The position numbers and the translations under genes are program-made. Under the pieces are notes generated by a model. The model did not search any database. It was not told the DNA's origin and worked only from the letters and a program-made list of their open reading frames with translations. Shown in pieces: positions 8,801 to 17,584 of a stretch of 64,000 nt of DNA. This stretch comes from Vicinamibacterales bacterium (GTDB taxonomy: Bacteria; Acidobacteriota; Vicinamibacteria; Vicinamibacterales; SCN-69-37): contig JBBQDM010000003.1 of assembly GCA_038319675.1 (NCBI GenBank), positions 201,997 through 265,996 on the forward strand. The letters are read 5' to 3'. Position 1 is the stretch's first letter; each line of letters begins with the position of its first letter.

Positions 8801-9659
8801 GGCCACCGACACGGCCGCCATACTGGTTCAACTTCACCTCGTTCTTCGGAAGCCCGTTGATTTCGTTGAAGAAGTAGTTCGAGTTCATCCGGGGATCACG
8901 GTAGTACTCGTAGAGACTGCCCGAGAACCGGTTGCCGCCCGAGCGTGTCTGGAAGGCAATCGTCACCGCGCCGCTGCCGCCCAACTGGGCACCAGCCGCC
9001 GCCATCGTCACCGTCACAGCCTCGACGGCATCCTGCCGCGGCGTGACGGAGGCGAAGAAGCCGTCCGACGACCGCAGGAAGTTGTCGTTGTTGCTCGCGC
9101 CGTCCATGGTGATCTGCACAAACGAGTCTGGCAGACCGTTAATCGATGAGTTGCGGTTCGAGCTTGTGGTGTTGACACCAGGCAGGAAGGCCACGGCGTT
9201 CAGCGCGTTGCGGGTCGGGGTCGGCATGCGGTTCAACTGATCCGAGTTCAATGTGGCCGTGACCGTCGCCGTCTGCGTGTTGATCAATTCGGAGCTGCTC
9301 GTGACGTTGACCGTCTCGGTCAACTGGCCGACTTCGAGCGTCAGATTCGCCGTGGCCGGCACTCCGATGGCCACCCGCAGGTTGCTGACCTGCGCCGTCT
9401 TGAAGCCGGTAAGGGTCGCCGACACCGTATACGTGCCGGCCTGCAGCGCCACCACGGAATAACTGCCGGTGGTGCCGGTCACCGCCTCAAACGTCGCCCC
9501 AGTGGTCGTGTTGGTAATCACCACCGTGGCGCCAGGAATGACGCCGCCGGCCGAGTCTCTGACCACGCCCGTAATGGACGCCCCCTGGGCAAACGCCAGG
9601 GTCGAGGTACACACAACGAGCGCTGCCGCCAGCAGCACACGCCAAACACTTCGTTTCAT
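5802..9659 (-). CDS. TonB-dependent receptor-like outer-membrane protein with N-terminal carboxypeptidase-regulatory-like domain
   Basis: Start moved to ATG 9659 (MKRSVWRVLLAAALVVCTSTLAFAQG, GGAGGAGG RBS upstream). SITGVVRDSAGGVIPGATVVITN is a CarboxypepD_reg motif. C-terminal ..RLGQLMIRFNW is a beta-barrel terminus. Confidence 0.88.
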   Translation of the reverse strand: MKRSVWRVLLAAALVVCTSTLAFAQGASITGVVRDSAGGVIPGATVVITNTTTGATFEAVTGTTGSYSVVALQAGTYTVSATLTGFKTAQVSNLRVAIGVPATANLTLEVGQLTETVNVTSSSELINTQTATVTATLNSDQLNRMPTPTRNALNAVAFLPGVNTTSSNRNSSINGLPDSFVQITMDGASNNDNFLRSSDGFFASVTPRQDAVEAVTVTMAAAGAQLGGSGAVTIAFQTRSGGNRFSGSLYEYYRDPRMNSNYFFNEINGLPKNEVKLNQYGGRVGGPVILPGFDGRGKMFYFLNYEQIRFPNSFTRTRTILPTRMLDGWFPYETSAGVIREVNVLTLAAGSGQISATDPTIMSILRKIDAATRTTGTINTTSDPINNQFVFLSPAKLFEHQPTARIDYNITDRHRLSGTGAIIWAERDPDYLNSADPRFPGAPNFRRFNSKRPLYTMTLRSTLSQNVVNELSGNITALGGESRFGNPATNGPQTFEDFGGFAVTLPLAWTNWHTSNLPSWRSAPTYKIANTTSWQRGTHSLSFGGEWQRATVSDSAQTMVPGIGLGFNTALDPAANMFSSTNFPGISSGDLADARAYYAMLTGRVTSVTGQAALDPKTNKYVAFGPRTRTGYMDTFSGFMQDSWRATPTLTVTAGLRYDLQMPFTATNDIMTTVSMADACGISGIGGGGVYDRCNFFQPGANSGKEIPEYTQLIGGTKGYNVDYNNFSPSISVAWRPNVQDGVLRTILGNPDQATLRAGYSMSYAREGLSQFTGVFGANPGSTISLTRDVNTGLQDGGSWPVLFSQRNRLNTAAFDETPTFPIVTRPNRVDSLNAFAPEIQVGRGQTWTVGVQRSIGQDMAVEVRYLGTRGTDQWSTLNYNTIRGESLLNNGFLDEFKLAMANLQANNVAGGARAGSFRYFGPGTGTNPLPIYLAYFNARTDAGNAAAYSGTNWTNTTFVGRLARTNASPIGAAGDLEGNLTRRQNALAAGLPANFFIPNPRVNAVNVTDSGAFSDYHALQIELRRRLSRGLSANVNYQYAIEGGSAFDGFSFGRTMITSTTSPRHAFKGQWDWTLPIGRGQRFGADMHPVLDALLGGWSMNGVGRIQAAVVNFGNVRLVGMSVAELTDMYKFYKRTNASTGRTEIWMLPEDVILNTRRAFTTGTTSTTGYGTLGVPTGRYIAPANSDGCLQIRAGDCAPRTTIVRAPWFTRFDVGVTKRFNLRGTMNVEVRGDVLNLFDNVNFNPVSNPGTGATIFQVTSAYNDPSNTYDPGGRLGQLMIRFNW

Positions 9660-9758
9660 GAAACGCTCCTCCTCCGAGATACACCTGTGTTGACTTGCAC
9701 GTCCCTCACGTCGGCGTGACGTAACGCCGAAGTAACGAGCCGATGTGAGGTGCACGGG

Positions 9759-9787
9759 ACTGTATGGCCGGGCCATTATCCTGTCAA
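9759..9787 (-). promoter_or_regulatory. sigma70-like promoter of TBDR gene (TTGACA-17-TACAGT)
   Basis: Minus strand reads TTGACAggataatggcccggccaTACAGT. It is followed by a ~95-nt leader with the inverted repeat CCTCACATCGG...CCGACGTGAGG. Confidence 0.5.
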
Positions 9788-9859
9788 TACTGGAGGAGGG
9801 CATCTTGATTCGGTCAGTACAAAGGCACACAACTCCAGGCAACACGGGAGGCCTACCCG

Positions 9860-9887
9860 ATGGAGGATGGAGGATGGAGGATGGAGG
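9860..9887 (+). repeat. (ATGGAGG)x4 heptamer tandem repeat
   Basis: Four perfect 7-bp units, 15 nt from the tRNA-Pro 3' end. Confidence 0.9.
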
Positions 9888-9902
9888 GCTGAAGAGAAGA
9901 AA

Positions 9903-9979
<77 letters not shown>

Positions 9980-9985
9980 CCGACG

Positions 9986-10447
9986 TTACTTCTTCTTCGC
10001 TCTACCCGTGCGGGCGGGCTTGGGGTCCGCCGCCAACACGAACTCGGAGGCTGGGGGGCCGCCGAGTGTCTCAAGGATCCAGTGGAGTCCTTGTCGTACT
10101 TCCGTCAGGTGCGCTTTCGCACCGTCATCAAGCCCTGGCACCGCTCGCACGGCTTCCGGGACGTCAACATCCAGGTCGCTGGTCCCGGCCCTGGCGTCTG
10201 CTTCCTCCGCCAGTCGTCTCCGGACACCCGCGAGGGTCAACCCTTCGACAAGAATCAGGCGCTTGAGGTGCAGCACCCTTTCGACATCCGCCCGCCGGTA
10301 GACCCGCGGTCCGGTCGGCGTTTTCGTGACCCCGAGGTCGGGAAACTCAGCTTCCCACCCCCGCAACACAAACGGCGGGACTCCGGCGATCTCGCAGACC
10401 TCGGTAGCCCGGAATGCCGGCCGATTGGGGATCGAAACCGCGTCCAC
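9986..10447 (-). CDS. MerR-family transcriptional regulator
   Basis: N-terminal HTH: FRATEVCEIAGVPPFVLRGWEAEF..RVYRRADVERVLHLKRLI. Confidence 0.8.
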   Translation of the reverse strand: MDAVSIPNRPAFRATEVCEIAGVPPFVLRGWEAEFPDLGVTKTPTGPRVYRRADVERVLHLKRLILVEGLTLAGVRRRLAEEADARAGTSDLDVDVPEAVRAVPGLDDGAKAHLTEVRQGLHWILETLGGPPASEFVLAADPKPARTGRAKKK

Positions 10448-10465
10448 GAGTTCGAACAGTATACG

Positions 10466-11833
10466 TCAGGTGCGCTCTCTTCTGGGGCGACGCCGCACGC
10501 TGATCCGGATGGGCGACCCGAGAAACCCGAACTTCTGCCGGAGCTGATTGATCAGGAACCGCTCGTACGAGAAGTGGAACTCGGTCGCCACGTTGGTGAA
10601 AAACACGAACCGCGGCGGCGCACTCGCAATCTGCGACGCATACATGATGCGCACCTGCCGCCGATGTTTGCTGGTGGGCGGATTGGCGGTCGTAATCTGC
10701 TCCACAAACCGGTTCAGCTCCGACGTCCCCACCCGATGCGCCCGCGCCTCGGCCACACGCACGGCCATCTCCATCACCTTGGCCGTCCGGTCGCCGGTCA
10801 GCGCGGAGATATGGATCACCGGCGCAAATTCCAGGAACTTCAGCTGAAAGCGCAGCCGGTCGTCGTACGCCTTCACAAACTCCTGCGGGTCCCCTTCCAT
10901 CTTCGCCGCCATGAGGTCCCACTTGTTCACGGCAATGACGACGCCGCAGCCCGCCTCTTCGGCTTCTCCGGCGATCGCCGCATCACGGTCGGTGGCGCCT
11001 TCGGTGGCATCGATCACCAGCACGGCCACATCGGCCTGCGCCATCGCCCGTTTGGCGAGCACCACACTGATCGACTCGACCTGCCCCGCACTCGCCACCT
11101 TGCCGGGACGCCGCATGCCGGCGGTATCCACCAGACGGATGCGTTGTTTCTGATACTGCAGTACCACGTCCACCGAATCACGCGTGGTGCCGGGCATGTC
11201 GCTGACCATCACGCGATCTTCACGCAGCAGACGATTCACCAGCGACGACTTGCCCACGTTGGGGCGTCCGACAATCGCCAGACGAATCTCCGGCTCGGCT
11301 TCAACAGAAGGCTCAGTGGACTTGACCGGCATCGCGGCGATCAACGCATCAAGCAACTCGTACACGCCCGTGCCGTGTTCAGCCGAGACGCCCATCTGGT
11401 TCGAGAACCCGAGTTTGTGAAATTCGTTCTCGCGCGCCACGGACCGTTTGTCGTCGGCCTTGTTGACCGCGAGCAACACGGGACAATTCACCGTGCGAAT
11501 CGCCTGCGCGATCTGCTCATCACCGATAACGAGTCCCTCGCGACCATCCACCAGAAAGATCAGGACGTCGGCCGACTTCAGCGCGCGCATGCCGTGATCC
11601 ACCACGAGTTCGTGCAGCGGATCGGTCGTGGCGCCGAACAGGCCGCCGGTGTCGACAAGCGTAAAGTTGCGACCCGACCACTCCGCGGGCGCCGTCACCA
11701 CGTCGCGGGTTGTGCCGGCCACGGGGGCCACAATCGAGCGGCGCACACCGGTGATGCGGTTGAAGAGCGTGGACTTGCCGACATTGGGCCGACCGACGAG
11801 AACGACGGTGGGACCCACCCCTGGAGCGGACAT
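10466..11833 (-). CDS. der: ribosome-biogenesis GTPase Der (EngA), double G domain
   Basis: Two GRPNVGKS(T/S)L P-loops, DTGG and DTAG, NKAD and NKWD, and a KH-like C-terminus. Confidence 0.95.
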   Translation of the reverse strand: MSAPGVGPTVVLVGRPNVGKSTLFNRITGVRRSIVAPVAGTTRDVVTAPAEWSGRNFTLVDTGGLFGATTDPLHELVVDHGMRALKSADVLIFLVDGREGLVIGDEQIAQAIRTVNCPVLLAVNKADDKRSVARENEFHKLGFSNQMGVSAEHGTGVYELLDALIAAMPVKSTEPSVEAEPEIRLAIVGRPNVGKSSLVNRLLREDRVMVSDMPGTTRDSVDVVLQYQKQRIRLVDTAGMRRPGKVASAGQVESISVVLAKRAMAQADVAVLVIDATEGATDRDAAIAGEAEEAGCGVVIAVNKWDLMAAKMEGDPQEFVKAYDDRLRFQLKFLEFAPVIHISALTGDRTAKVMEMAVRVAEARAHRVGTSELNRFVEQITTANPPTSKHRRQVRIMYASQIASAPPRFVFFTNVATEFHFSYERFLINQLRQKFGFLGSPIRISVRRRPRRERT

Positions 11834-11861
11834 CCAAGCAGTGTAGCAGTTACGGGGGCAC

Positions 11862-11890
11862 TTGACTCCGTAAGTAGTCGTCTTTATAGT
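11862..11890 (+). promoter_or_regulatory. sigma70-like promoter of HU/IHF gene (TTGACT-17-TATAGT)
   Basis: TTGACTccgtaagtagtcgtcttTATAGT, bracketed by the inverted repeat GTTACGGGGGCAC (11849-11861) / GTGCCCCGTAAC (11907-11918). Confidence 0.55.
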
Positions 11891-11920
11891 GACTTACAGA
11901 CATCACGTGCCCCGTAACTC

Positions 11921-12196
11921 ATGATCAAAGTCGACATCGTCAACGAGGTGTCGCGTATTGCGGACATCACCAAAGTGAAGGCCGAAGTGGCCGTCGACGC
12001 GGTGTTCGACGCCATGCGCACCTCCATGATGAAGGGGGATCGCATCGAACTCCGCGGATTCGGGGTCTTTCAGGTCAAACCCCGCAAACGTGGCATCGGC
12101 CGTAATCCCCGCACCGGCAAGGAAGTGAAGATTCCGCCGGGGCGCACGATCAGGTTCAAACCCGGCAAGGACCTGCAGAACATCTCCGGTGAGTGA
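11921..12196 (+). CDS. HU/IHF-family DNA-binding protein
   Basis: GFGVFQVKPRKRGIGRNPRTGKEVKIPPGRTIRFKPGK is the typical beta-arm sequence. Confidence 0.92.
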   Translation: MIKVDIVNEVSRIADITKVKAEVAVDAVFDAMRTSMMKGDRIELRGFGVFQVKPRKRGIGRNPRTGKEVKIPPGRTIRFKPGKDLQNISGE

Positions 12197-13040
12197 CCCG
12201 CAGCCCGTCTGGGTGTACCCGGTCACCCCGCCGCCCCCCAAGTTCCAGCACAAGCTCCGCACGCCGATCCTGCTCTTCCTCGCGACCGTCGCGACGACGA
12301 CGTTGCTGGTGGGGCCGTGGTACTCGTTTGCCATCCTGTTGATTCTGGGCGCCCACGAGTTCGGGCATTACTTTGCCTGTCGCTGGCACAACGTGGACTG
12401 CACCCTCCCCTACTTTCTGCCGGCCCCCCTGCCGATGACCGGGACGCTCGGTGCGGTCATCCGGATCCGTGAGCCGTTCCCCTCGCGCCGCGCCTTGTTC
12501 GACATCGGCGTGGCAGGTCCGCTGGCGGGGTTCGTCACGCTCCTGCCGTTTCTGGTGATAGGCATCTCGCTCTCGACCGTGGACGTGGTGCCCGAGGGCG
12601 GGTTTGGCATCTGGCTCGGCGAGCCCTACCTCTTCAAGTGGATCGCCAGACTCGTGCACGGACCGTTACTCGACGGTACGGATATCTTCATCCACCCACT
12701 GGGCTACGCTGCGTGGTTCGGGATGCTCGCCACCGCGCTCAACCTGCTGCCCTTCGGCCAACTCGACGGTGGGCACATCGCCTACGCGGTGCTCGGGCGC
12801 CGCTCGTGGGTGGTCTCGGTCGCCACGCTCGGCCTGGTGATCACCCTCGCCTGGTTTTCGCAAAGCTGGATCGTCATGGCCGTCATGCTTACCGCCATGG
12901 GCTATTTCATGGGCTTCCGCCACCCGGCCCCGCTGGACGACCACACGCCGCTGTCGCCGGGCCGCATCCTGGTCGCGCTGCTCGCGCTCGCCATTCTCAT
13001 CGCCTGCTTCACGCCGCAGCCGATCACGATTACATTCTGA
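12189..13040 (+). CDS. site-2 protease family (peptidase M50) membrane metalloprotease
   Basis: HEFGHYF (HExxH) in a TM helix, later NLLPFGQLDGGH, multiple TM segments. GTG start overlaps the upstream stop by 8 nt. Confidence 0.88.
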   Translation: MSDPQPVWVYPVTPPPPKFQHKLRTPILLFLATVATTTLLVGPWYSFAILLILGAHEFGHYFACRWHNVDCTLPYFLPAPLPMTGTLGAVIRIREPFPSRRALFDIGVAGPLAGFVTLLPFLVIGISLSTVDVVPEGGFGIWLGEPYLFKWIARLVHGPLLDGTDIFIHPLGYAAWFGMLATALNLLPFGQLDGGHIAYAVLGRRSWVVSVATLGLVITLAWFSQSWIVMAVMLTAMGYFMGFRHPAPLDDHTPLSPGRILVALLALAILIACFTPQPITITF

Positions 13041-13067
13041 TTCGCACTCGAGCACTCGCAATTCTTT

Positions 13068-13127
13068 CGGAGCCGACGGGCTTTAGCCCGTCGGACATCA
13101 GACGGGCTGAAGCCCGTCTGCTCCGTA
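13068..13127 (+). repeat. REP-like double-hairpin element, copy B
   Basis: CGGAGCCGACGGGCTTTAGCCCGTCGGACATCAGACGGGCTGAAGCCCGTCTGCTCCGTA, between the convergent M50 and priA stops. Confidence 0.85.
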
Positions 13128-13149
13128 CTACACGGTGTCCGAAGGCGCA

Positions 13150-15372
13150 CTAACTCGTCGAATACGGATCGACATCCACAGTCGTCTTGCGCCGCAACTC
13201 GGGATGATGCGCGAGCGCACGTTCGATCGCTTCACGCATCGCGCGACGATGCGTGCCCTTGAGGAAAAACTGCGCGCGATACTCGTCCTTAATCTTTGAC
13301 AGCGGCGCCGGGGCCGGACCCAGCAGCGTGGCGCGTGGACTGGCGTGGCGTGTCGCCACGGCCAGTACCTGCGCATCCTCCATCGCCTTGCCAAGCGAGT
13401 TGCCGCGCACGACCACGTTGATCAAGCCGATCGTCGGCGGATACCGCATGCGCGTGCGGAAGTCGATCTCCTGTGTGTAGAAGGTGGCGTAGTCCTGTGC
13501 CGCGGCGGCCTTGACGCTGTAGTGGTCGGGATACAAGGTCTGCACGATCGCCTCCCCTGCCATGTCGCCGCGACCAGCACGGCCCACGACCTGCGTCAGC
13601 AACTGGAACGTACGTTCGGCCGCGCGGAAGTCCGCCACGCCGAGGCCCACGTCGGCCGACACGACGCCGACAAGGGTCACTGACGGAAAGTCGTGGCCCT
13701 TGGCGATCATCTGGGTGCCGACGAGAATGTCCACGTCCCCGCGCGCCACCGCATTGAGCACCTTGGCAATCGCACCGCGGCGACGGATCGTGTCGCGGTC
13801 CACGCGCACGATGCGCGCCCCGGGAAACCGCGCGCGCACCTCGGCTTCCACTCGTTCAGTACCGAAGCCGGACTGTTCGAGAAACTCGCCGCCACACGTG
13901 CCACACGCCTTCGGGATGACCGTCGCGTAGTTGCAATAGTGGCACCGCACTTTGCGCGCCATGCGGTGATACGTCAGCGTCACCGAACAATGCGGACACT
14001 CCATCGTGGCCGCACATTGCCGGCAGAACACCACCGTGGCAAACCCGCGCCGGTTGAGCAGAATCATCGACTGCTCTCCGCGTGAGAGGCGCAGCGTGAG
14101 CGCGTCCCACAGCGGCTGGCTGATCATCACGTCCGCCCCATGCGTGGCGAACTCCTGACGCATGTCCACCAGCCGCACCTCGGCCAGCGGTCGATTCCAG
14201 ACCCGCTGCGTGAGTGTCAGGTGGTCGTAGCGACCAGCGGCCGCATTTGATGCCGACTCGAGCGAAGGCGTGGCGCTGCCCAACAGCACCACGGCCTGCT
14301 CCATGCGTCCACGCACGACAGCGACATCCCGCCCCTGATACCGCGGCGCTTCTTCCTGTTTGTAGGCGTGGTCGTGTTCCTCGTCCACAATGATCAGCCC
14401 GATGTTGTCGAGGGGGGCGAAGATCGCCGACCGGGTGCCGATCACCACTTCCACCTCACCACGCCGGATGCGATGCCACTGATCGTGGCGCTCTCCGTCC
14501 GACAGGCCGCTGTGTTGAATGGTGACGCGGCGACCGAAGCGCGCACGGAACAACCCGGCAACCGCCGGCGTCAGCGCAATCTCGGGCACCATCACCAGCA
14601 CGCGGCGTCCACGCTGCAACACGAGCTCCGCCAGCCGCAGGTACAGCTCGGTCTTGCCGCTGCCGGTCACGCCCTGCAGCAGGATCGTCTTGAACAACCC
14701 GACGACGACCGCCTCTTCCAGATGCCGGAACGCCTGCGCCTGCTCGGGCGTGAGATCACGCTTGGTCGGCGTCGTGCCGTCGAGCGTCCACCGTGTGCCG
14801 TCCGCCCCGCCGACCGCCTCGAAGGGATCACGCTCCACGATCTCGTCACGCACGCGCACAAGGCCCGCACGCTCCAGCGAGCGTACCGTCGCGGTGCTCA
14901 CACCGGCCGTGCGCAACTCTGACAGCGGCACCCCTTCCGGCCGCGCCCGCAGCACCTCGGCCGCTACACGTTGTTTCTCACCACGGAGCTCAGTCGCGTC
15001 AGCGCCCGCCCACTCGGCCACAGGCACACGACGAAACGCCGACGCCTCGCCCTTGCGCGACTTGGGTGGCAGGGCGTTGACCAGCGCGTCGCCCGGACCC
15101 GCCGCGTAATACTCGGCCACCCACAACGCGAGCGCGACCACCGATTCAGGCAGGAAGGCGTCTGCGTCAAGCACCTCCACAATGTCTTTTAATGTGCCGG
15201 ATTCAGGCGCCGCGACACCGGCCTCGATGACGCAACCGGTCACACGTCGTGAGCCGAGTGTGACGATGACGCGGGCGCCGCGCACGGGCATCGAGAGATG
15301 GGCCGGTACCCGGTATGTGAGGCGTCCCAGGCCGGGCACGGGCACCCCGACCGAGACGCAGCGCTCGCTCAC
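13150..15372 (-). CDS. priA: primosomal protein N' (replication restart helicase PriA)
   Basis: GVTGSGKTE Walker A, DEEHD box, Cys-rich zinc insert [26 protein letters not shown]. Confidence 0.95.
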   Translation of the reverse strand: MSERCVSVGVPVPGLGRLTYRVPAHLSMPVRGARVIVTLGSRRVTGCVIEAGVAAPESGTLKDIVEVLDADAFLPESVVALALWVAEYYAAGPGDALVNALPPKSRKGEASAFRRVPVAEWAGADATELRGEKQRVAAEVLRARPEGVPLSELRTAGVSTATVRSLERAGLVRVRDEIVERDPFEAVGGADGTRWTLDGTTPTKRDLTPEQAQAFRHLEEAVVVGLFKTILLQGVTGSGKTELYLRLAELVLQRGRRVLVMVPEIALTPAVAGLFRARFGRRVTIQHSGLSDGERHDQWHRIRRGEVEVVIGTRSAIFAPLDNIGLIIVDEEHDHAYKQEEAPRYQGRDVAVVRGRMEQAVVLLGSATPSLESASNAAAGRYDHLTLTQRVWNRPLAEVRLVDMRQEFATHGADVMISQPLWDALTLRLSRGEQSMILLNRRGFATVVFCRQCAATMECPHCSVTLTYHRMARKVRCHYCNYATVIPKACGTCGGEFLEQSGFGTERVEAEVRARFPGARIVRVDRDTIRRRGAIAKVLNAVARGDVDILVGTQMIAKGHDFPSVTLVGVVSADVGLGVADFRAAERTFQLLTQVVGRAGRGDMAGEAIVQTLYPDHYSVKAAAAQDYATFYTQEIDFRTRMRYPPTIGLINVVVRGNSLGKAMEDAQVLAVATRHASPRATLLGPAPAPLSKIKDEYRAQFFLKGTHRRAMREAIERALAHHPELRRKTTVDVDPYSTS

Positions 15373-16103
15373 TCGGTTGTCGTCAGGAGGGATTTCACCA
15401 GCTTCATGTCGTCCCAGACATCCCGCTTCCGATCGGGACTCCGCAACAGGTACGCCGGATGAAAGGTGGGGATGAGGATGGCGCCGCGATACTCGTACTG
15501 TTTGCCGCGCATCTGCGAAATCGGCACATCGGTGCGCAGCAGCGTATGCGCCGCATGGGTGCCAAGCGCGACGATCACCTTCGGCTTGATCACATCGATC
15601 TGCCTGAACAGGAACGGCTCACACGTGGCGATTTCATCCGGCTCCGGGTTCCGGTTGGCCGGTGGTCGGCACTTGATCACGTTCGCGATGTACACGTCTT
15701 CGCGCCGCAAATCGATCGCTTCGATGATCTTGGTCAGCAACTGCCCAGCCCGTCCGACAAACGGCACGCCTTGTTCGTCTTCATCGGCGCCAGGGGCTTC
15801 GCCGACGAACATCAAATCGGCGTTCGGATTGCCGGAGCCGAACACGATCTTCGTTCGGCCAAGGGTATGCAGCTTGCAGCGGGTGCAGTCGCCGATCTCG
15901 GAGCGAATCGCTTCAAGGGTGCTCTCGTGCTCAGGTGCTCCGGTGCTCTGGTGCTCTTGTGCGCTTGTGCTCATGTGCTCGGGTGCTCCTGTGCTCTCGT
16001 GCTCGGGTGCACCTGCGCGCTGGCGCCATGCGGGATCCGTCGTGACGCCGGCCACGCCGAGGTCGCGGTAATACTTCAAATGTTCCCGCACGTCGTCATT
16101 CAT
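15369..16103 (-). CDS. uracil-DNA glycosylase, family 4, with repeat-containing N-terminal linker
   Basis: [40 protein letters not shown] motifs. N-terminal 4x8-aa GAPEHEST repeat. Confidence 0.9.
   Translation of the reverse strand: MNDDVREHLKYYRDLGVAGVTTDPAWRQRAGAPEHESTGAPEHMSTSAQEHQSTGAPEHESTLEAIRSEIGDCTRCKLHTLGRTKIVFGSGNPNADLMFVGEAPGADEDEQGVPFVGRAGQLLTKIIEAIDLRREDVYIANVIKCRPPANRNPEPDEIATCEPFLFRQIDVIKPKVIVALGTHAAHTLLRTDVPISQMRGKQYEYRGAILIPTFHPAYLLRSPDRKRDVWDDMKLVKSLLTTTE
15919..16014 (-). repeat. (GTGCTCNN)x12 8-bp tandem repeat inside the UDG coding region
   Basis: Twelve contiguous 8-bp units read directly on the plus strand. They encode 4x GAPEHEST-like octapeptides. Confidence 0.95.
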
Positions 16104-17341
16104 GTGAGCAACCGCTCTACACGGTCGAGAATCGCCGACGCGGCGGCATCCTTCGACATCAACGGCAGGGGCTCTGGGCCTGCACCGTCGACAAACGTGA
16201 TCTGGTTCGTGGCGACATCAAAACCGCTGCCCTCTGCCGAGACGTCGTTGGCGACGATGAGGTCGACACGTTTGGATTGCAGCTTCTGACTGGCGCGTGT
16301 CACCGGGTCGCCGGTTTCGGCGGCAAATCCTACAAGGACCGGCCGCGTGTTCGTGCCACGCGCCTCGCCGAGCGCGGCCAGAATGTCGACCGTGCGCTCG
16401 AGCTGCAACGTCATGGCGCCGCTCTTTTCGATTTTGGTGCCCTGTGCTCCACCAGCGGGTGTGTAGTCGGCCACGGCCGCAGCCATAATCACCACGTCTG
16501 CACTTGTGCCGGCTCCCATGACAGCCGCATGCATCTCAGCCGCAGTGCGCACACGCGTGAGTGTCGTCACCGCCGGCGGCTCCACGGTTGTGGGCCCTGC
16601 AATCAGATGCACCTCGGCGCCGCGGCGCATAGCATCGCGTGCGACAGCAAACCCCATCCGGCCGCTGGAGCGATTGCCAAGGAAACGCACGGGATCGAGA
16701 TCTTCGAGTGTCGGTCCAGCGGTCACGATCACACGACGACCCGCAAGCGAACCCGTCGCTGCGCCCTCACGGCCACGAACGACCCGCTCCACGGCGTCTA
16801 CAATCTCAGCGGGCTCAGCGAGACGGCCTTTGCCGACCCAGCCACACGCGAGGTAGCCCTCACCGGGTTCCACGAGCGTGGCGCCTCTGGTGGCGAGTGT
16901 GGCGAGGTTGGCGCGGACGGCCGGGTGTTCCCACATGACCGTGTTCATGGCGGGCGCGAGCACCAGGGGCGCACGCGTGGCGAGATACAACGCACTCAGG
17001 AAGTCGTCGGCCAGACCGTTGGCAAACTTGCCGATGACGTTGGCCGTGGCCGGCGCCACGACCAGCGCCTTCATGTCGGTGGCCAGGGCGATGTGTTCGA
17101 TGTCGGCGTTCATGCCGGCCGCCCACTGCCCGGTGATCACAGGCCGCTGCGTGATCGCCTCGAACGTCAGTGCACCGATGAACCGACGCGCGTTGCGCGT
17201 CATGATCACCTGCACGGCGTACCCCCGCTTCTGCAGCAGGCGCGCCACCTCAACGGACTTGTACGCGCCGATGCCGCCTGAGACTCCCAGCCCGATCAGG
17301 GGCGGTTGTGCATCCGGCTGCGTCATGGACGTGGAACGCAA
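16100..17341 (-). CDS. coaBC: bifunctional phosphopantothenoylcysteine decarboxylase / phosphopantothenate-cysteine ligase
   Basis: Flavoprotein N-domain ([19 protein letters not shown]) and DFP C-domain ([29 protein letters not shown]). Confidence 0.94.
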   Translation of the reverse strand: MRSTSMTQPDAQPPLIGLGVSGGIGAYKSVEVARLLQKRGYAVQVIMTRNARRFIGALTFEAITQRPVITGQWAAGMNADIEHIALATDMKALVVAPATANVIGKFANGLADDFLSALYLATRAPLVLAPAMNTVMWEHPAVRANLATLATRGATLVEPGEGYLACGWVGKGRLAEPAEIVDAVERVVRGREGAATGSLAGRRVIVTAGPTLEDLDPVRFLGNRSSGRMGFAVARDAMRRGAEVHLIAGPTTVEPPAVTTLTRVRTAAEMHAAVMGAGTSADVVIMAAAVADYTPAGGAQGTKIEKSGAMTLQLERTVDILAALGEARGTNTRPVLVGFAAETGDPVTRASQKLQSKRVDLIVANDVSAEGSGFDVATNQITFVDGAGPEPLPLMSKDAAASAILDRVERLLT

Positions 17342-17584
17342 CTACTCGGCGGTGGTGGCCGGTGCGACCGGGACGAGTTCCTCATCGTCGGTCTTGGCCA
17401 CACGTGCGACCACGCCAGCGGCGACTTCCTGCTGCGCACGGCGCGCCGGCTGCGCGGAGCCTTCGACCTTCGGCAGGCAGCCACGCAGCAACTGGTGTGC
17501 GCGCCGCGAGGCGATCGACACGAACTCAAAACGACTTTCGGGATTGTTGATCTTTGGTGATTCAGTCATGAGATCCTCGTTCAA
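17342..17584 (-). CDS. rpoZ: DNA-directed RNA polymerase subunit omega
   Basis: NPESRFEFVSIASRRAHQL motif, in the conserved gmk-rpoZ order. The start may instead be the internal MTESP at 17569. Confidence 0.85.
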   Translation of the reverse strand: MNEDLMTESPKINNPESRFEFVSIASRRAHQLLRGCLPKVEGSAQPARRAQQEVAAGVVARVAKTDDEELVPVAPATTAE

